DNA of 64,000 bases, from contig JBHHVU010000002.1 of NCBI GenBank assembly GCA_046754465.1, positions 1 to 64,000 on the forward strand, written 5' to 3'. Every line of letters starts with the position of its first letter. The stretch's first letter is position 1. The stretch comes from Nitrospinaceae bacterium (lineage in GTDB: Bacteria; Nitrospinota; Nitrospinia; Nitrospinales; VA-1). The notes under the pieces are model-generated. The model was not told the DNA's origin and ran no database searches. It worked only from the letters and a program-made list of their open reading frames with translations. Below are positions 1-10,424 of the stretch, in pieces. The position numbers were made by a program, and so were the translations under genes.

Positions 1-1
1 A

Positions 2-1144
2 CCGGAATTCGCCGGTGACCGGGTCCGCCTCCGTGGTCGCCACGGGATGAGGCGCACCCGTCTCAGCGTCCGTGAAGAGAATGACCACGCCATCCGGCAC
101 GACTTCGTTGAGCGTGACGCCGGGATGGTCTTCGCCGGGAACGGGAAAAGGTTCATCCGGGTCCAGGCCCGTCTTGTCGGCATCCTCGAGGAAGCCGTGG
201 ATGCTGCCCGCGCCCGCGAGGGTGGCCCCCGGTCCAAAGCGTTCCGGGTCCGCCACGTTCGCGGAAGTGATCGGCCCCATTTTTTTCACGTAGCTATGCC
301 AGATGAGGAAACTGCCGGCCTCCGTGCCGGGGTCCCCCGGATACAACTTTGGATCCCAGGCGGGACCGCCTTCCTCGGTGAAATTGAGAATCCATTCCGT
401 GGAGGCGTCAAATTGGACCTTTTGGGGAAGTTCAGGCACCTGCGTTGCCGCCGCGATGCCAGACGGGTCGGAGGTGGCGATCACTTCTCCCGGCGGCAGC
501 CCCGTGATGTAACAAAGCCCGTCCGTATTGGTGATGACCAGGCCGTCCAGCGTGTTGATGATGGGCTGGCTCCCCGTCACGCAGGAATCCAGGACATTTC
601 CTTCCTCGTCGGAGATCGTCCAAGTCACGCCGTTGAGGGGTAAATCGCCGTCCCCGACATCCGGTTCACCGTTCACGATGGCATCCCAAAAGGCAAACAT
701 CAGGATTCCCGCCGTCGGGAGTTCATTCGCCGACGCCGTACCGTCGGGGTTCTTGAAAAGCGGCGGCAGGTACGCGTCCTTGGATTGATTGCCTCCGTCC
801 TGGACCGTGAATTCCCGGCTGGTCAGGTCGTGCCCCGGCGCGCTGATCATGACCACGTAATCTCCCGGCGCGGGCACCGTCGCCGTCCAGGAATTGCCCG
901 ATACGGTTCCGTAGGTGATGAATTTGCCGCCGGAGCCCTGGGTTTGCACCATGACGCGGGCGTCATTGATGGGCGGGGTGGCGGGGTTGGGAGCCAGAAC
1001 AGGTCCTGTTCCGTCATTCGCGCCTGAATAAATGTTTCCCCCAATGACAGCGGTCTGCGCTTCCGCCAGGGAGGAAAGGAGGAAGATTGAGAAAATTAAT
1101 ATCAGTGCGCCTGCTGATATTCTTGAGATTCCGCGGTGGTTCAT
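2..1144 (-). CDS. Large secreted protein with SdrD-B/Cna-B/carboxypeptidase-regulatory-like beta-sandwich domains (3' end outside window)
   Basis: Absent from the ORF track because it has no stop in the window. Translated by hand from ATG 1144 (RBS GAAAGGAG upstream): MNHRGISRISAGALILIFSIFLLSSLAEA-QTAVIGGNIYSG..., open to the window edge. Signal peptide ends AEA. Motifs PGDYVVMISAPGH, FAFWDAIVNGEPDVGDGDLPLNGVTWTI, TNTDGLCYITGLPPGE. Confidence 0.75.
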   Translation of the reverse strand, partial: MNHRGISRISAGALILIFSIFLLSSLAEAQTAVIGGNIYSGANDGTGPVLAPNPATPPINDARVMVQTQGSGGKFITYGTVSGNSWTATVPAPGDYVVMISAPGHDLTSREFTVQDGGNQSKDAYLPPLFKNPDGTASANELPTAGILMFAFWDAIVNGEPDVGDGDLPLNGVTWTISDEEGNVLDSCVTGSQPIINTLDGLVITNTDGLCYITGLPPGEVIATSDPSGIAAATQVPELPQKVQFDASTEWILNFTEEGGPAWDPKLYPGDPGTEAGSFLIWHSYVKKMGPITSANVADPERFGPGATLAGAGSIHGFLEDADKTGLDPDEPFPVPGEDHPGVTLNEVVPDGVVILFTDAETGAPHPVATTEADPVTGEFR

Positions 1145-1507
1145 GGCTGGCACTCCTTTCAGATTTCTGCATCCGTTTCCGGATAATCATTAACGCTTCC
1201 TCCCCAATTTTTCTTGAGCGATATAATCAAAGTTTCCGAGGTTTCATCCCCCAGGGCGGGCTCCCAATAAGATTTACAATCCCATTTCTTTCTATTCATA
1301 GAAGGAAAGTTCAGAAGGGCAGGGAACCTACCAAAAATATTATAATTTTGCAAGTTAAAAATTAAAAAAATAATAAATTGTTTGCCAAAAATTTTACCCG
1401 GAGTACGGGGTGTAAAATAAATCGCTATTTATCAATTATTTAAATTTTTCCGCTTGGAATTATCAATAGCAGAGTTTGCATTTTCAATTTGCAAAATAGG
1501 AAGAAGA

Positions 1508-1547
1508 TGTTACGAAGGGATCAAGGTTGTGTTACAAAAATGTTACA
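1508..1547. promoter_or_regulatory. Phased TGTTAC direct repeats, putative OmpR/PhoB-family binding site
   Basis: TGTTAC at 1508, 1530 and 1541 (22 and 11 bp spacing) in the AT-rich region upstream of the 1144 gene. Confidence 0.4.
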
Positions 1548-1675
1548 ACCAAAGGGAAAAGGCGCAGCTGAGGGGGGGAGATTCCAGGGGTCGGTTTGGA
1601 TTGGGAAAATTGCTTATGTCTATACGGGCGATCCGAATTCTTCGAGAACGCGATATGGAATTTCTGACTGATGAT

Positions 1676-2992
1676 TCAGGTCTTATGGCGGGGGCTGGCG
1701 GGTTTCCGTCCGGCGCGTTTTCGTCCGGGTGTTCTTCCGCGGGGTCTTCGGTCCGTTGATTTTTTTGTCTGGACCGGTCTCCGGGTTTTGGGGCGGCGCG
1801 GGGGTTCGCCTGGTTTGCCCTTGAGAAACATTTCATCCTCCGCCCAGACCACGGGAACTTTTTGTTTCAGGAAATCCTCCACCCGATCCAGATGCTGGGC
1901 GTAATTTTCGCAGCACAAGGTGATGGCCGTGCCCTTGGCACCCGCACGGGCGGTTCGCCCGATGCGGTGGACGTAGTCTTCGGGGTCCTGGGGCACGTCG
2001 TAATTGATCACGTGGGTGATGTCGTCCACATGCAGTCCGCGGGATGCCACGTCGGTGGCGATCAGGATTTGCAGGTCCCCCTTCTGGAATTGTTCCAGAA
2101 CACGCATTCGCACCCTTTGGTGAAGGTCGCCGCTGATCTGTCCGGCGTTAAACCCGTTGTGCCGGAGTTTCCGCTCCAGCCGTTCGGACACCGCCTTGGT
2201 ATTGCAAAAGATCAGCACCTTTTCTCCTTCTTCCTGTTGGAGCAGGCCCAGAAGCAGGTTGAACTTTTCGTGATGGCCCACATGGTAAAGAAGCTGCTCG
2301 ACCTCATCGACCACCGCTTTTTCGGGTTCGATGGTGACTTTGACCGGGTCGTTCATGTATTCATAACACAGTTCCATCACCCGGAAATTGAGCGTGGCCG
2401 AAAAAAGCATGCTCAACCTCTTGTTGTAGGGTGCGGTATTCCGGAGAATGTACCGCAGATCCGAGATGAATCCCATGTCGAACATCCGGTCCGCTTCATC
2501 GACCACCAGCACCTCCACCATCTTGAGGCTGAAGAATTTCTGCTTGTAATAATCGATCAACCGGCCCGGGGTTGCGATGAGGATGTCGACGCCGGACTGG
2601 ATCAGGTTTCTTTGTTTTTGGTAATCGACGCCTCCATAAATGCAGACAATCTGAAGATCGCAATGGCTGCCGAGGAGGAGAGCGTCCTTTTCAATTTGGC
2701 GGGCCAGTTCCCGGGTGGGAGCGATGATCAGGGCGCGTGGACCCCGTTTCCCGGAACGGGGGCGAGGGGCCGGCTCCCGGCAAAGCCGGGTGAAAAGAGT
2801 GATCAAAAAAGCCGCGGTTTTACCGGTTCCAGTCTGCGCCTGCCCCGCCACATCCTTTCCTCCCAAGGATATCGGCAGGGTCGCGCTCTGGATCGGGGTG
2901 CAGTATTTGAAATCCGCGTCGCGGATTCCTTTCAAAACCGGTTCCGGCAGGGGAAGGGATTCAAACGTCAATTGTTCCAATGGGTGCTCCAA
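1676..2992 (-). CDS. rhlB: DEAD-box ATP-dependent RNA helicase, RhlB-like
   Basis: AQTGTGKT, PTRELA, TPGRL, DEAD, SAT and HRIGRTAR motifs; basic C-terminal tail. Confidence 0.85.
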   Translation of the reverse strand: MEHPLEQLTFESLPLPEPVLKGIRDADFKYCTPIQSATLPISLGGKDVAGQAQTGTGKTAAFLITLFTRLCREPAPRPRSGKRGPRALIIAPTRELARQIEKDALLLGSHCDLQIVCIYGGVDYQKQRNLIQSGVDILIATPGRLIDYYKQKFFSLKMVEVLVVDEADRMFDMGFISDLRYILRNTAPYNKRLSMLFSATLNFRVMELCYEYMNDPVKVTIEPEKAVVDEVEQLLYHVGHHEKFNLLLGLLQQEEGEKVLIFCNTKAVSERLERKLRHNGFNAGQISGDLHQRVRMRVLEQFQKGDLQILIATDVASRGLHVDDITHVINYDVPQDPEDYVHRIGRTARAGAKGTAITLCCENYAQHLDRVEDFLKQKVPVVWAEDEMFLKGKPGEPPRRPKTRRPVQTKKSTDRRPRGRTPGRKRAGRKPASPRHKT

Positions 2993-3407
2993 ATGTAGGG
3001 AGGGACCGAAAATGATTCGCCTGGGGCGAAGGAAAGTTTTTGCGGGGTTGAAGAATTAACTTGTTTTAAATCATATTGATAATGAGGCCATTATAGACGG
3101 TTTCCTCCCATTTTCAACCGCAATCTCATTTTTCTTGACATCCCCCGATCGTTAATGGTTCAATACGCCCTTCAAATTGAGTCAGTTAACTGAAAACCGG
3201 AAAGTTCCTTCCGCGCTTGATTCCGCATTCTTAAAGGGTTCTTTATTTTTAAAGGTTTCCTTGGTTTTGTCTGCTGTTTTCATTTTCCGTGCGGGAGTAA
3301 ACTGGGATCGGCCGCCTTTTTTACTTGGGGTGCGCCCCCAGTTTTATCCAGGAGAGGTTGGTTCCCCCCACCTCTTCATGTAATTTTGGTTCAACACATG
3401 GGTCACT

Positions 3408-5117
3408 GTGATTAAACATGATGTCGTCGTCGTGGGGGCCGGATTGGCCGGCATGCGGGCCGCCCTCGAAATATCCAGGGAACTGGATATCGCGCTGATC
3501 ACCAAGGTCTATCCTTCCCGTTCCCATTCGGGAGCCGCCCAGGGCGGAATCGCCGCCTCTCTGGGAAACTCCGAAAAAGACAGTTGGGAAGAGCATATGT
3601 ATGACACGGTCAAGGGAGGGGATTTCCTCAACGATCAGGATGCGGTTGAGGAATATGTCAAGGCCGGACCACGAATCATTTTCGAGTTGGAACATATGGG
3701 CTGTATTTTCAGCCGCACGCACGATGGCAAAATCGCCCAGCGCCGGTTTGGCGGCCATTCCAAACCCAGGGCCTGTTTTGCCGCCGACCGTACGGGGCAC
3801 GCCATCCTGCATGCCTTGCACGAGCAGCTCCTCAAGCAGAGTAAGTCCATCAGGATTTATTCGGAATGGTACATGCACTCCCTGGTGGTCGAGGACCGGC
3901 GCTGTCACGGCCTCGTGGTCAGCGATATTCGCACTGGCGCGGTGGAAGTCATCCAGGCCAAGGCGGTGATCTTCTGCACCGGCGGGTACGGGCGGGTGTG
4001 CAAGATCACTTCCAACGCTTTTGCCAGCACGGCGGACGGGGTGATCGCGGCCTACAAGGCGGGGATTCCTCTCGAAGATCCGGAATTCATCCAGTTCCAT
4101 CCTTCCGGGCTTTACCGGCAGGGCATCTTGTTTTCGGAAGCGGCGCGCGGGGAAGGCGGTTACCTGGTTAACGGCAAGGGGGACCGGTTCATGGAGGCCT
4201 ATGCGCCGTCCCGGATGGAACTCGCGCCCCGCGACATCGTCGCGCGCGCTGAACAGAGCGAAATGGATGCCGGCCGCGGCGTCAATGGATCGGATTTTGT
4301 CTACCTCGATCTGCGGCATCTCGGGGAAAAGAAAATCATGGAGCGGCTCCCCCAAATCCGCCAGCTTGGCATCGATTTCATTGGTGTCGATTGCGTCAAG
4401 GAACCCCTTCCCATCCAGCCGACGGCCCACTATTCCATGGGGGGAATTCCCACCGACAAGTTTGGTCAGGTGGTGGCCGATGCCCAGGGAACCCCATTGG
4501 AAGGATTCTTCGCCGCCGGGGAATGCGCCTGTGTCTCCGTGCACGGGGCCAACCGGCTGGGTACCAACTCGTTGCTGGAGGCGGTGGTCTTTGGGCAACG
4601 CGCGGGAAAGTCAGCACTTGACTATGCAAAAAATGTGGGTTTCGGAAAGGTCAATGAGGGTCCCGAAAAAGCCAAGGTGTTGCAGATGTTCGAGAATATT
4701 TTTCAAAGGGATGGAACCGAGGGTTACAACGGCATCCGCAACGAGATGAAAGAAACCATGACCTCTCTTTGCGGAGTGTTCCGGGACGAGGAAAGGTTGA
4801 AAAAATGCCTCGAAACGATAAAAAATCTTCAATCCCGCTACAATAAGGGTAAGGTGACGGATAAGGGAAAATTATTCAATACCGAAATCTATGAGATCAT
4901 CGAACTGGGCAATATGTTAAAAATGGCGCAGATCATCTCCACCGCCGCCCTCGCTCGAAAGGAGAGCCGGGGCGGACACGCCAGGACGGATTTCCCAAAA
5001 CGCGATGATGACCATTTTCTCAAGCACACCCTGGTGTATCCCACCGAAGATGGCCTGGAACTGAAATACAAGCCTGTCACCATTACAAGACATCAACCCG
5101 CGGAAAGAACGTATTAA
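3408..5117 (+). CDS. sdhA: Succinate dehydrogenase/fumarate reductase flavoprotein
   Basis: GAGLAG FAD loop, [10 protein letters not shown] flavinylation site, [29 protein letters not shown]. Confidence 0.95.
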   Translation: MIKHDVVVVGAGLAGMRAALEISRELDIALITKVYPSRSHSGAAQGGIAASLGNSEKDSWEEHMYDTVKGGDFLNDQDAVEEYVKAGPRIIFELEHMGCIFSRTHDGKIAQRRFGGHSKPRACFAADRTGHAILHALHEQLLKQSKSIRIYSEWYMHSLVVEDRRCHGLVVSDIRTGAVEVIQAKAVIFCTGGYGRVCKITSNAFASTADGVIAAYKAGIPLEDPEFIQFHPSGLYRQGILFSEAARGEGGYLVNGKGDRFMEAYAPSRMELAPRDIVARAEQSEMDAGRGVNGSDFVYLDLRHLGEKKIMERLPQIRQLGIDFIGVDCVKEPLPIQPTAHYSMGGIPTDKFGQVVADAQGTPLEGFFAAGECACVSVHGANRLGTNSLLEAVVFGQRAGKSALDYAKNVGFGKVNEGPEKAKVLQMFENIFQRDGTEGYNGIRNEMKETMTSLCGVFRDEERLKKCLETIKNLQSRYNKGKVTDKGKLFNTEIYEIIELGNMLKMAQIISTAALARKESRGGHARTDFPKRDDDHFLKHTLVYPTEDGLELKYKPVTITRHQPAERTY

Positions 5118-6058
5118 TGGCGACCTTCAAAATCAAACGATACAATCCCGAAAAACAGCCGGAACCCTATAATGAGGAGTTCCAGCTCGAGGTCGAGCCC
5201 GGGGCGACTCTGCTGGATTGCATGAACGAAATCAAATGGACCCAGGACGGCAGCCTGACCTACCGCATGTCATGCCGCAGCGCCATCTGTGGGTCCTGCG
5301 CGGTGCGGGCCAACGGACACGCCGTACTGGCCTGCCAGCGCCAGGCTTGTCATTTGCTGGATGGCAACGGCACCATCTTTCTCGAACCCTTGGGCAACCT
5401 GAAGCCCATCAAGGATCTGGCCGTCGATTTCCAGCCGTTCTGGGATAAGGTGGATAAAGTCCAACCCTACCTGCAAACCAAGGGAGAGCCCCCGAAAAAG
5501 GAACGGCTGCAATTGCCCGAAGAGTTCAAATTGATCGACCCCAGCAGCACCTGCATCATGTGCGGGGCCTGTTATTCCGACTGCAATGTCCTGGAGGTGG
5601 ATGACAATTTCCTCGGGCCGGCGGCTCTGGCCAAGGCCCAGCGGTTCGTGAGCGATTCGCGCGATACGAAAACCCTCGAGAGGGTCACCGCATTGAGCGA
5701 ACCGGGCGGCATCTGGGATTGCACCCACTGCGCGGAATGCGTGGAGCGCTGCCCAAAACCCGCGCAGCCTTTCTACCGGATCAAGGAAATCATGACCGTG
5801 GCCCTGGAACAGGGCGTGACCAACAACAACGGCGCCCGCCACGCGCTGTCCTTCACCAAATCGATCAAGCACAGCGGCCGCCTCAACGAAAACCAACTGC
5901 CCGTCGAATCGGTGGGGTTTTTCAATTTCAAGGGGCTGTTGGATTTGATCCCCATCGGACTGCGCATGCTGCTGAAACGGAAAATTCCTCCCATCATCCA
6001 TAAATCCATCGAGGACGTCGATGACGTCCAACGGATATTCAAGGAAATGGACCAATGA
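5117..6058 (+). CDS. sdhB: Succinate dehydrogenase iron-sulfur subunit (type E, C-terminal extension)
   Basis: [10 protein letters not shown] [2Fe-2S] motif; [11 protein letters not shown] and [12 protein letters not shown] ferredoxin motifs; overlaps the sdhA stop. Confidence 0.93.
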   Translation: MATFKIKRYNPEKQPEPYNEEFQLEVEPGATLLDCMNEIKWTQDGSLTYRMSCRSAICGSCAVRANGHAVLACQRQACHLLDGNGTIFLEPLGNLKPIKDLAVDFQPFWDKVDKVQPYLQTKGEPPKKERLQLPEEFKLIDPSSTCIMCGACYSDCNVLEVDDNFLGPAALAKAQRFVSDSRDTKTLERVTALSEPGGIWDCTHCAECVERCPKPAQPFYRIKEIMTVALEQGVTNNNGARHALSFTKSIKHSGRLNENQLPVESVGFFNFKGLLDLIPIGLRMLLKRKIPPIIHKSIEDVDDVQRIFKEMDQ

Positions 6059-6936
6059 AGTTTGCTCTTTTCACTGGCTGTGTTTCGCAGGGCGCCACCC
6101 GGGAATTGATGGTGTCGACCCGGAAGGCCGCCGAGGGACTGGGAATCGATTTTGTGGAAATGAAAAGCGCGGCGTGTTGCGGCGCCGGGGTGCTGTCCGA
6201 AAAAAGCCCGCTGCTGGCCGATACCCTCAATGCCCGGACGTTCGCCATCGCCGAGGAGCAGGGACTCGACCTCGTCACCATCTGCTCCACCTGCCAGGGC
6301 GTGTTGAAAAAATCGGAATGCAATATCAAATCCGACCCGGAATACAAAAAAAAGGTCAACCACCTGCTCAGCGGCGGCGGGCACCAGTACGATGGAGAAA
6401 AAAGCAAGATCAAGCATTTCGCCAATATCCTCGCCAGCGAGGAGGGAATGCGCCTGCTGAAGGAAAAAATCCGGCGGCCCCTGAAAGGTCTGAAGGCGGC
6501 GGCCTTTTATGGCTGTTACGTTCTGCGTCCGTCCCATCTTTCGGAATATGACGATCCGGACAACCCCACCGGCATGGAAGACATTTTCGAGGTCCTGGGC
6601 GCGACGCCCGTCTATTATCCCAGCCGCGTCAAATGTTGCGGTTTTCCCATCGTTATGATGAACAAGAAAGCGTCGCTGGATATGGCGGGCCAGGCCCTGT
6701 TGGACGCCATCGAGAGCGGCGCCGACTGCGTGGTGACCGGGTGTCCCCTCTGTCACCTGAACCTGGATTCCTACCAGCCTGAAATCGATAAGCTCCTGAA
6801 GAAGAATTACTCGATTCCCATCCTGCACCTGCCGCAGCTGGTCGCCCTGGCCCTGGGCTATTCCCCCAAGGAGTTGCAGATGGACAAACACATCGTCTCC
6901 ACCCTCAAGGTCAACAAGATCCTCGCCGCCGTGTAA
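6055..6936 (+). CDS. CCG-domain (HdrB-like) anchor subunit of type-E succinate:quinone oxidoreductase
   Basis: Two CCG domains (FTGC...CCG...CSTC; FYGC...CCG...CPLC); translationally coupled to sdhB. Confidence 0.88.
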   Translation: MKFALFTGCVSQGATRELMVSTRKAAEGLGIDFVEMKSAACCGAGVLSEKSPLLADTLNARTFAIAEEQGLDLVTICSTCQGVLKKSECNIKSDPEYKKKVNHLLSGGGHQYDGEKSKIKHFANILASEEGMRLLKEKIRRPLKGLKAAAFYGCYVLRPSHLSEYDDPDNPTGMEDIFEVLGATPVYYPSRVKCCGFPIVMMNKKASLDMAGQALLDAIESGADCVVTGCPLCHLNLDSYQPEIDKLLKKNYSIPILHLPQLVALALGYSPKELQMDKHIVSTLKVNKILAAV

Positions 6937-7068
6937 TTCTCCGCACCCGGGAAAAACAAGCCCCCCGCTTTCGATCTATTGAAAGGGGTTGAGCGCCGGG
7001 GCGGGATGTAGCATAGTACGGGCGTTGAAATATTTTCCCCCTTTAACGCCTTTTCGGGAAAAACCTCG

Positions 7069-8625
7069 TTGACCGACTCACGCGCCATCTTCAAAAGACA
7101 GGTTGCCGTACTGCTGGCGGGATTGGCCGTTTTTGTGGTGGTATTGTGGCTTCCTCCCCCCGAAGGGATGACCCTCCCCGCGAAACGTCTGCTCGCCGTG
7201 GTCCTGTTGATGGCAGTCTGGTGGATCGGGGAAGGCACCCCGATCATGGTCACCGCGCTTGTGCCCCTGGTCTTGTTTCCCGTTTTGGGAATCATGTCCA
7301 GCAAAGAAGTGGCGCCGAATTACGCGAATCACCTGGTCTTCCTCTTTCTGGGCGGATTCATGATCGCCCTGGCAATGGAAAAATGGAATTTCCACAAACG
7401 GTTGGCTCTCGGGATCATCTGCCGGATCGGTACCAATCTGAAACGGATGGTGCTTGGATTCATGGCGGCGTCCGCGTTTCTTTCGATGTGGATCTCAAAT
7501 ACCGCCACCACGATGATGATGCTTCCCGTGGGGATGGCGGTGGTCCGGCAAATTGCCGCCGAGGCGGCCTTGTCGGGTAAGCGCGGCCCGGAAATCCGCA
7601 TCGCGATCGAGAACGGACTCGGAGGGGTCCTGATGCTGGGGCTGGCTTATTCGGCAAGCATCGGGGGAGTGGGAACGCTGATCGGCACGCCGCCAAATAT
7701 CGTGTTCTCCGGGTTTTATAAAAACCTGTACCCGGACCTTCCGGAAGTGACCTTTTTTCACTGGATGCTGATGGCCGTTCCCATTGTGTTGATTTTCCTG
7801 CCGATCGTCTGGTATTTCCTGTGCCGGTTCATCGCCCCGGTTCCCCTGGACCAGATTCAGCTCGGTGGCGGCGGACCGGAAATTATCCGCGATCAATTGC
7901 GGGGCCTGGGAAAGATCAACCGGGCGGAAAAGATCATCGCCGCGGTATTTTTTACAACCGCCCTCTTGTGGATTTTCCGGAAACCCATTTCAATGGGGAG
8001 CATCATCGTTCCGGGCTGGTCCAGCCTGTTTCCCCGGCCGGAATGGGTGCACGATGCGACGGTGGCCATGGCCATGGGACTTTTTTTGATGCTCTGGCCC
8101 TTGAATTTTGGCAGGGGAATGGTGCTTGACGGAAAAAAACATTATTTTATTCTGGACTGGGGCACGGTGCAGAGCAAGGTTCCCTGGGGCATTCTTTTGT
8201 TGTTCGGCGGCGGCTTCGCCCTGGCCGCGGGGTTCGGCAAAACCGGGCTGGATCATTGGATCGGGGAGCGGCTCGCGGGGGTGGCGGCCCTTCCCCTGTG
8301 GGGAGTCATTCTGACCCTTTGCCTGGGGATCACTTTTCTGACCGAACTCACCTCCAATACCGCCACCACGACCATGATTCTTCCCATCATCGGTGCCGCG
8401 GCGGTGGCGGCGAATTATCCCCCACTTCTGCTCATGGTTCCCGCGACCCTCTCCGCTTCGTTCGCTTTTATGCTGCCGGTGGCCACGCCCCCCAATGCCA
8501 TTGTTTACAGCAGCCGCTGGGTGACCATCCCGCTCATGTCCCGCGCCGGACTCGCCCTCAATTTCCTGGGTGCCATTTTGGTGACGGCGCTGGTTCTCTT
8601 TTCCGTCCGCGCCATCTTTCTTTGA
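7069..8625 (+). CDS. DASS/SLC13 sodium:dicarboxylate (or sulfate) symporter
   Basis: Two SNT motifs (ISNTAT, TSNTAT), GTPPN and ATPPNA; many TM segments; TTG start. Confidence 0.9.
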   Translation: MTDSRAIFKRQVAVLLAGLAVFVVVLWLPPPEGMTLPAKRLLAVVLLMAVWWIGEGTPIMVTALVPLVLFPVLGIMSSKEVAPNYANHLVFLFLGGFMIALAMEKWNFHKRLALGIICRIGTNLKRMVLGFMAASAFLSMWISNTATTMMMLPVGMAVVRQIAAEAALSGKRGPEIRIAIENGLGGVLMLGLAYSASIGGVGTLIGTPPNIVFSGFYKNLYPDLPEVTFFHWMLMAVPIVLIFLPIVWYFLCRFIAPVPLDQIQLGGGGPEIIRDQLRGLGKINRAEKIIAAVFFTTALLWIFRKPISMGSIIVPGWSSLFPRPEWVHDATVAMAMGLFLMLWPLNFGRGMVLDGKKHYFILDWGTVQSKVPWGILLLFGGGFALAAGFGKTGLDHWIGERLAGVAALPLWGVILTLCLGITFLTELTSNTATTTMILPIIGAAAVAANYPPLLLMVPATLSASFAFMLPVATPPNAIVYSSRWVTIPLMSRAGLALNFLGAILVTALVLFSVRAIFL

Positions 8626-8756
8626 TTGCCAAGGGGGGTACCCGGGTCCCCCTCCCTCTTGCAATTGAAAATACCGCCGGGGGAACTATATTGAGTAGTG
8701 GATGATTGAAAAGAGTGTAAATTTTTCCCTGAATAAAACCCGAACAGGAAAGTCCC

Positions 8757-9917
8757 ATGTTACCCCTTGATTTTTATCAGATCGAAAGCCAACTGACAGA
8801 CGAGGAGAAACTGGTTCGCGAAAGCACCGCCCGGTTCGTGGAAAAGGAGGTTTTACCCATCATCGGCGATTGTTTCGAAAAGGGAGAATTTCCCAGGCAC
8901 CTCATCCGTAAGATGGGGGATGAAGGATTCCTGGGGACCTGCCTGGAGACTCACGGCGGGACCCGCCTGGGCTCCGTGGCTTACGGCCTCATGATGCAGG
9001 AACTGGAACGCGGCGACAGCGGTATCCGAAGTTTTGTCTCGGTCCAGGGCAGTCTGGTGATCACTTCCATCAATGAATTCGGGACCCCCGATCAGAAAGA
9101 CCGATGGCTGCCGGGACTGGTCCGGGGCGATCTCACCGGTTGCTTCGCGCTGACCGAACCCGATTACGGGTCCGATCCCGCGGGAATGAAAACCCGGGCT
9201 TTCAAGGATGAGGACTCTTATATCCTCAACGGTTCCAAAATGTGGATCACCAACGCGGGGTTCGCGGACTGTTTCATCGTTTGGGCTTACCTGGAGGGAA
9301 CCATCCGCGGATTTGTGATCGGCGGCGGGTTGCCCGGCATGACGGTCCGGCCGATCCGGCATAAATTTTCCATGCGGGCCTCCGACACCGGGGAAATCCA
9401 TTTTAACGACTGCCGGATCCCCGGCGACAGTCTCCTGCCGGATACCGACGGACTGGGTTCCCCCTTCAGCTGCCTGAACCACGCGCGCTATGGCATCGCC
9501 TGGGGCGTCCTGGGCGCCGCGGCCGCCTGCTACCTGGAAGCCCTCGATCACGCCAAAACTCGGATCATGTTTGACAAGCCCATTGGGTCCTTCCAACTCG
9601 TTCAGGAAAAACTGGCCGACATGCTGACGGAAATTACCGGCGGGCAACTCCTGAGCCTGCAGCTCGGAAGATTGATGGAGCAGGGAACCGCCGAACACGC
9701 CCACATTTCCCTGGCCAAGCGCAACAACGTACGCCTGGCCCTGAAGGCCGCGCGCAAGGCGAGGGATATTCTTGGCGCGTCGGGCATCAGTGTCGAATAC
9801 AACACCATCCGGCACATGCTCAACCTCGAGAGCGTCTTCACCTACGAAGGGACCGACTCCATCCACACCCTGATCCTCGGCAAGGCCATTACCGGCATCG
9901 ACGCTGTCCGCGGGTAA
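8757..9917 (+). CDS. gcdH: Glutaryl-CoA dehydrogenase
   Basis: ELERGDSGIRSFVSVQGSL, ALTEPDYGSDP, GSKMWITN and TYEGTDSIH are typical of the GCDH subfamily of acyl-CoA dehydrogenases. Confidence 0.85.
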   Translation: MLPLDFYQIESQLTDEEKLVRESTARFVEKEVLPIIGDCFEKGEFPRHLIRKMGDEGFLGTCLETHGGTRLGSVAYGLMMQELERGDSGIRSFVSVQGSLVITSINEFGTPDQKDRWLPGLVRGDLTGCFALTEPDYGSDPAGMKTRAFKDEDSYILNGSKMWITNAGFADCFIVWAYLEGTIRGFVIGGGLPGMTVRPIRHKFSMRASDTGEIHFNDCRIPGDSLLPDTDGLGSPFSCLNHARYGIAWGVLGAAAACYLEALDHAKTRIMFDKPIGSFQLVQEKLADMLTEITGGQLLSLQLGRLMEQGTAEHAHISLAKRNNVRLALKAARKARDILGASGISVEYNTIRHMLNLESVFTYEGTDSIHTLILGKAITGIDAVRG

Positions 9918-10084
9918 AAACCCAAAGGACTTGATCCCTTTCCTTTCACTTGCTTGACCCCTTTCTCACTTAATTATAGGCAGACCATTTTCTTTTAAAA
10001 TGGGAAATGCGGGTTTAAAATCGTGCCCGGTCAAGTGGGGCAGGGAAAGGCGGAAAGGGCAAAAAAACTGTTCCCTCATGACTC

Positions 10085-10126
10085 TTGACATGGTATAAAT
10101 TTGGCATATATTGGCAATCTATGCCA
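10085..10126 (+). promoter_or_regulatory. Sigma70 promoter with overlapping inverted-repeat operator for the parD locus
   Basis: TTGACA 10085-10090 and TATATT 10107-10112; inverted repeat TGGCATA (10102-10108) / TATGCCA (10120-10126). Confidence 0.6.
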
Positions 10127-10150
10127 TAAATAATTTGAAGGAGTTTGAGC

Positions 10151-10384
10151 ATGGCAACCTTAAATGTTTCTCTTCCCGGACCCATGCGGGACTGGATCGA
10201 CGCTCAAATAAAAGGCGGCGAGTATGCCAATGCAAGCGACTATATCCGGGACCTCATCCGGCACGATCAACGCCAGCGTGAAGTTTTAAATCTGGCCCTC
10301 ATCGAAGGCGAGCAAAGCGGAACCAGTTCCCGGAAAGTCAGGAGGATCATCAAATCAACAAAAGCCCGCCTTAAAAATGCCTGA
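10151..10384 (+). CDS. parD: ParD-family (ribbon-helix-helix, CC2985-like) type II antitoxin
   Basis: MATLNVSLP...WIDAQIKGGEYANASDYIRDLIRHD...ALIEGEQSG signature; RBS AAGGAG. Confidence 0.88.
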   Translation: MATLNVSLPGPMRDWIDAQIKGGEYANASDYIRDLIRHDQRQREVLNLALIEGEQSGTSSRKVRRIIKSTKARLKNA

Positions 10385-10424
10385 TTAAGAACTATCGAAA
10401 AAGGCGGATGGAGACCTTATCGAT
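10377..10424 (+). pseudogene. parE: Remnant of a ParE/RelE toxin gene (nonsense at codon 4, then truncated)
   Basis: ATG overlapping the parD end reads MPD*ELSKKADGDLID, matching the ParE N-terminal pattern (YxLSxxAxxDLxxI) with the Tyr codon replaced by TAA. Similarity is lost after about 16 codons. Confidence 0.7.

Noticed and set aside
47..1027. Plus-strand ORFs at the window start
   Set aside because: They are shadows of the minus-strand secreted protein, which has an RBS and signal peptide.
6055..6936. Heterodisulfide reductase implying methanogen-like or sulfur metabolism
   Set aside because: No hdrA or hdrC; the gene is coupled to sdhAB and fits the type-E SQR anchor.
10101..10116. 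Sigma54 promoter TTGGCATATATTGGCA before parD
   Set aside because: GG-to-GC spacing is one base short; it is better explained as the antitoxin operator over a sigma70 promoter.
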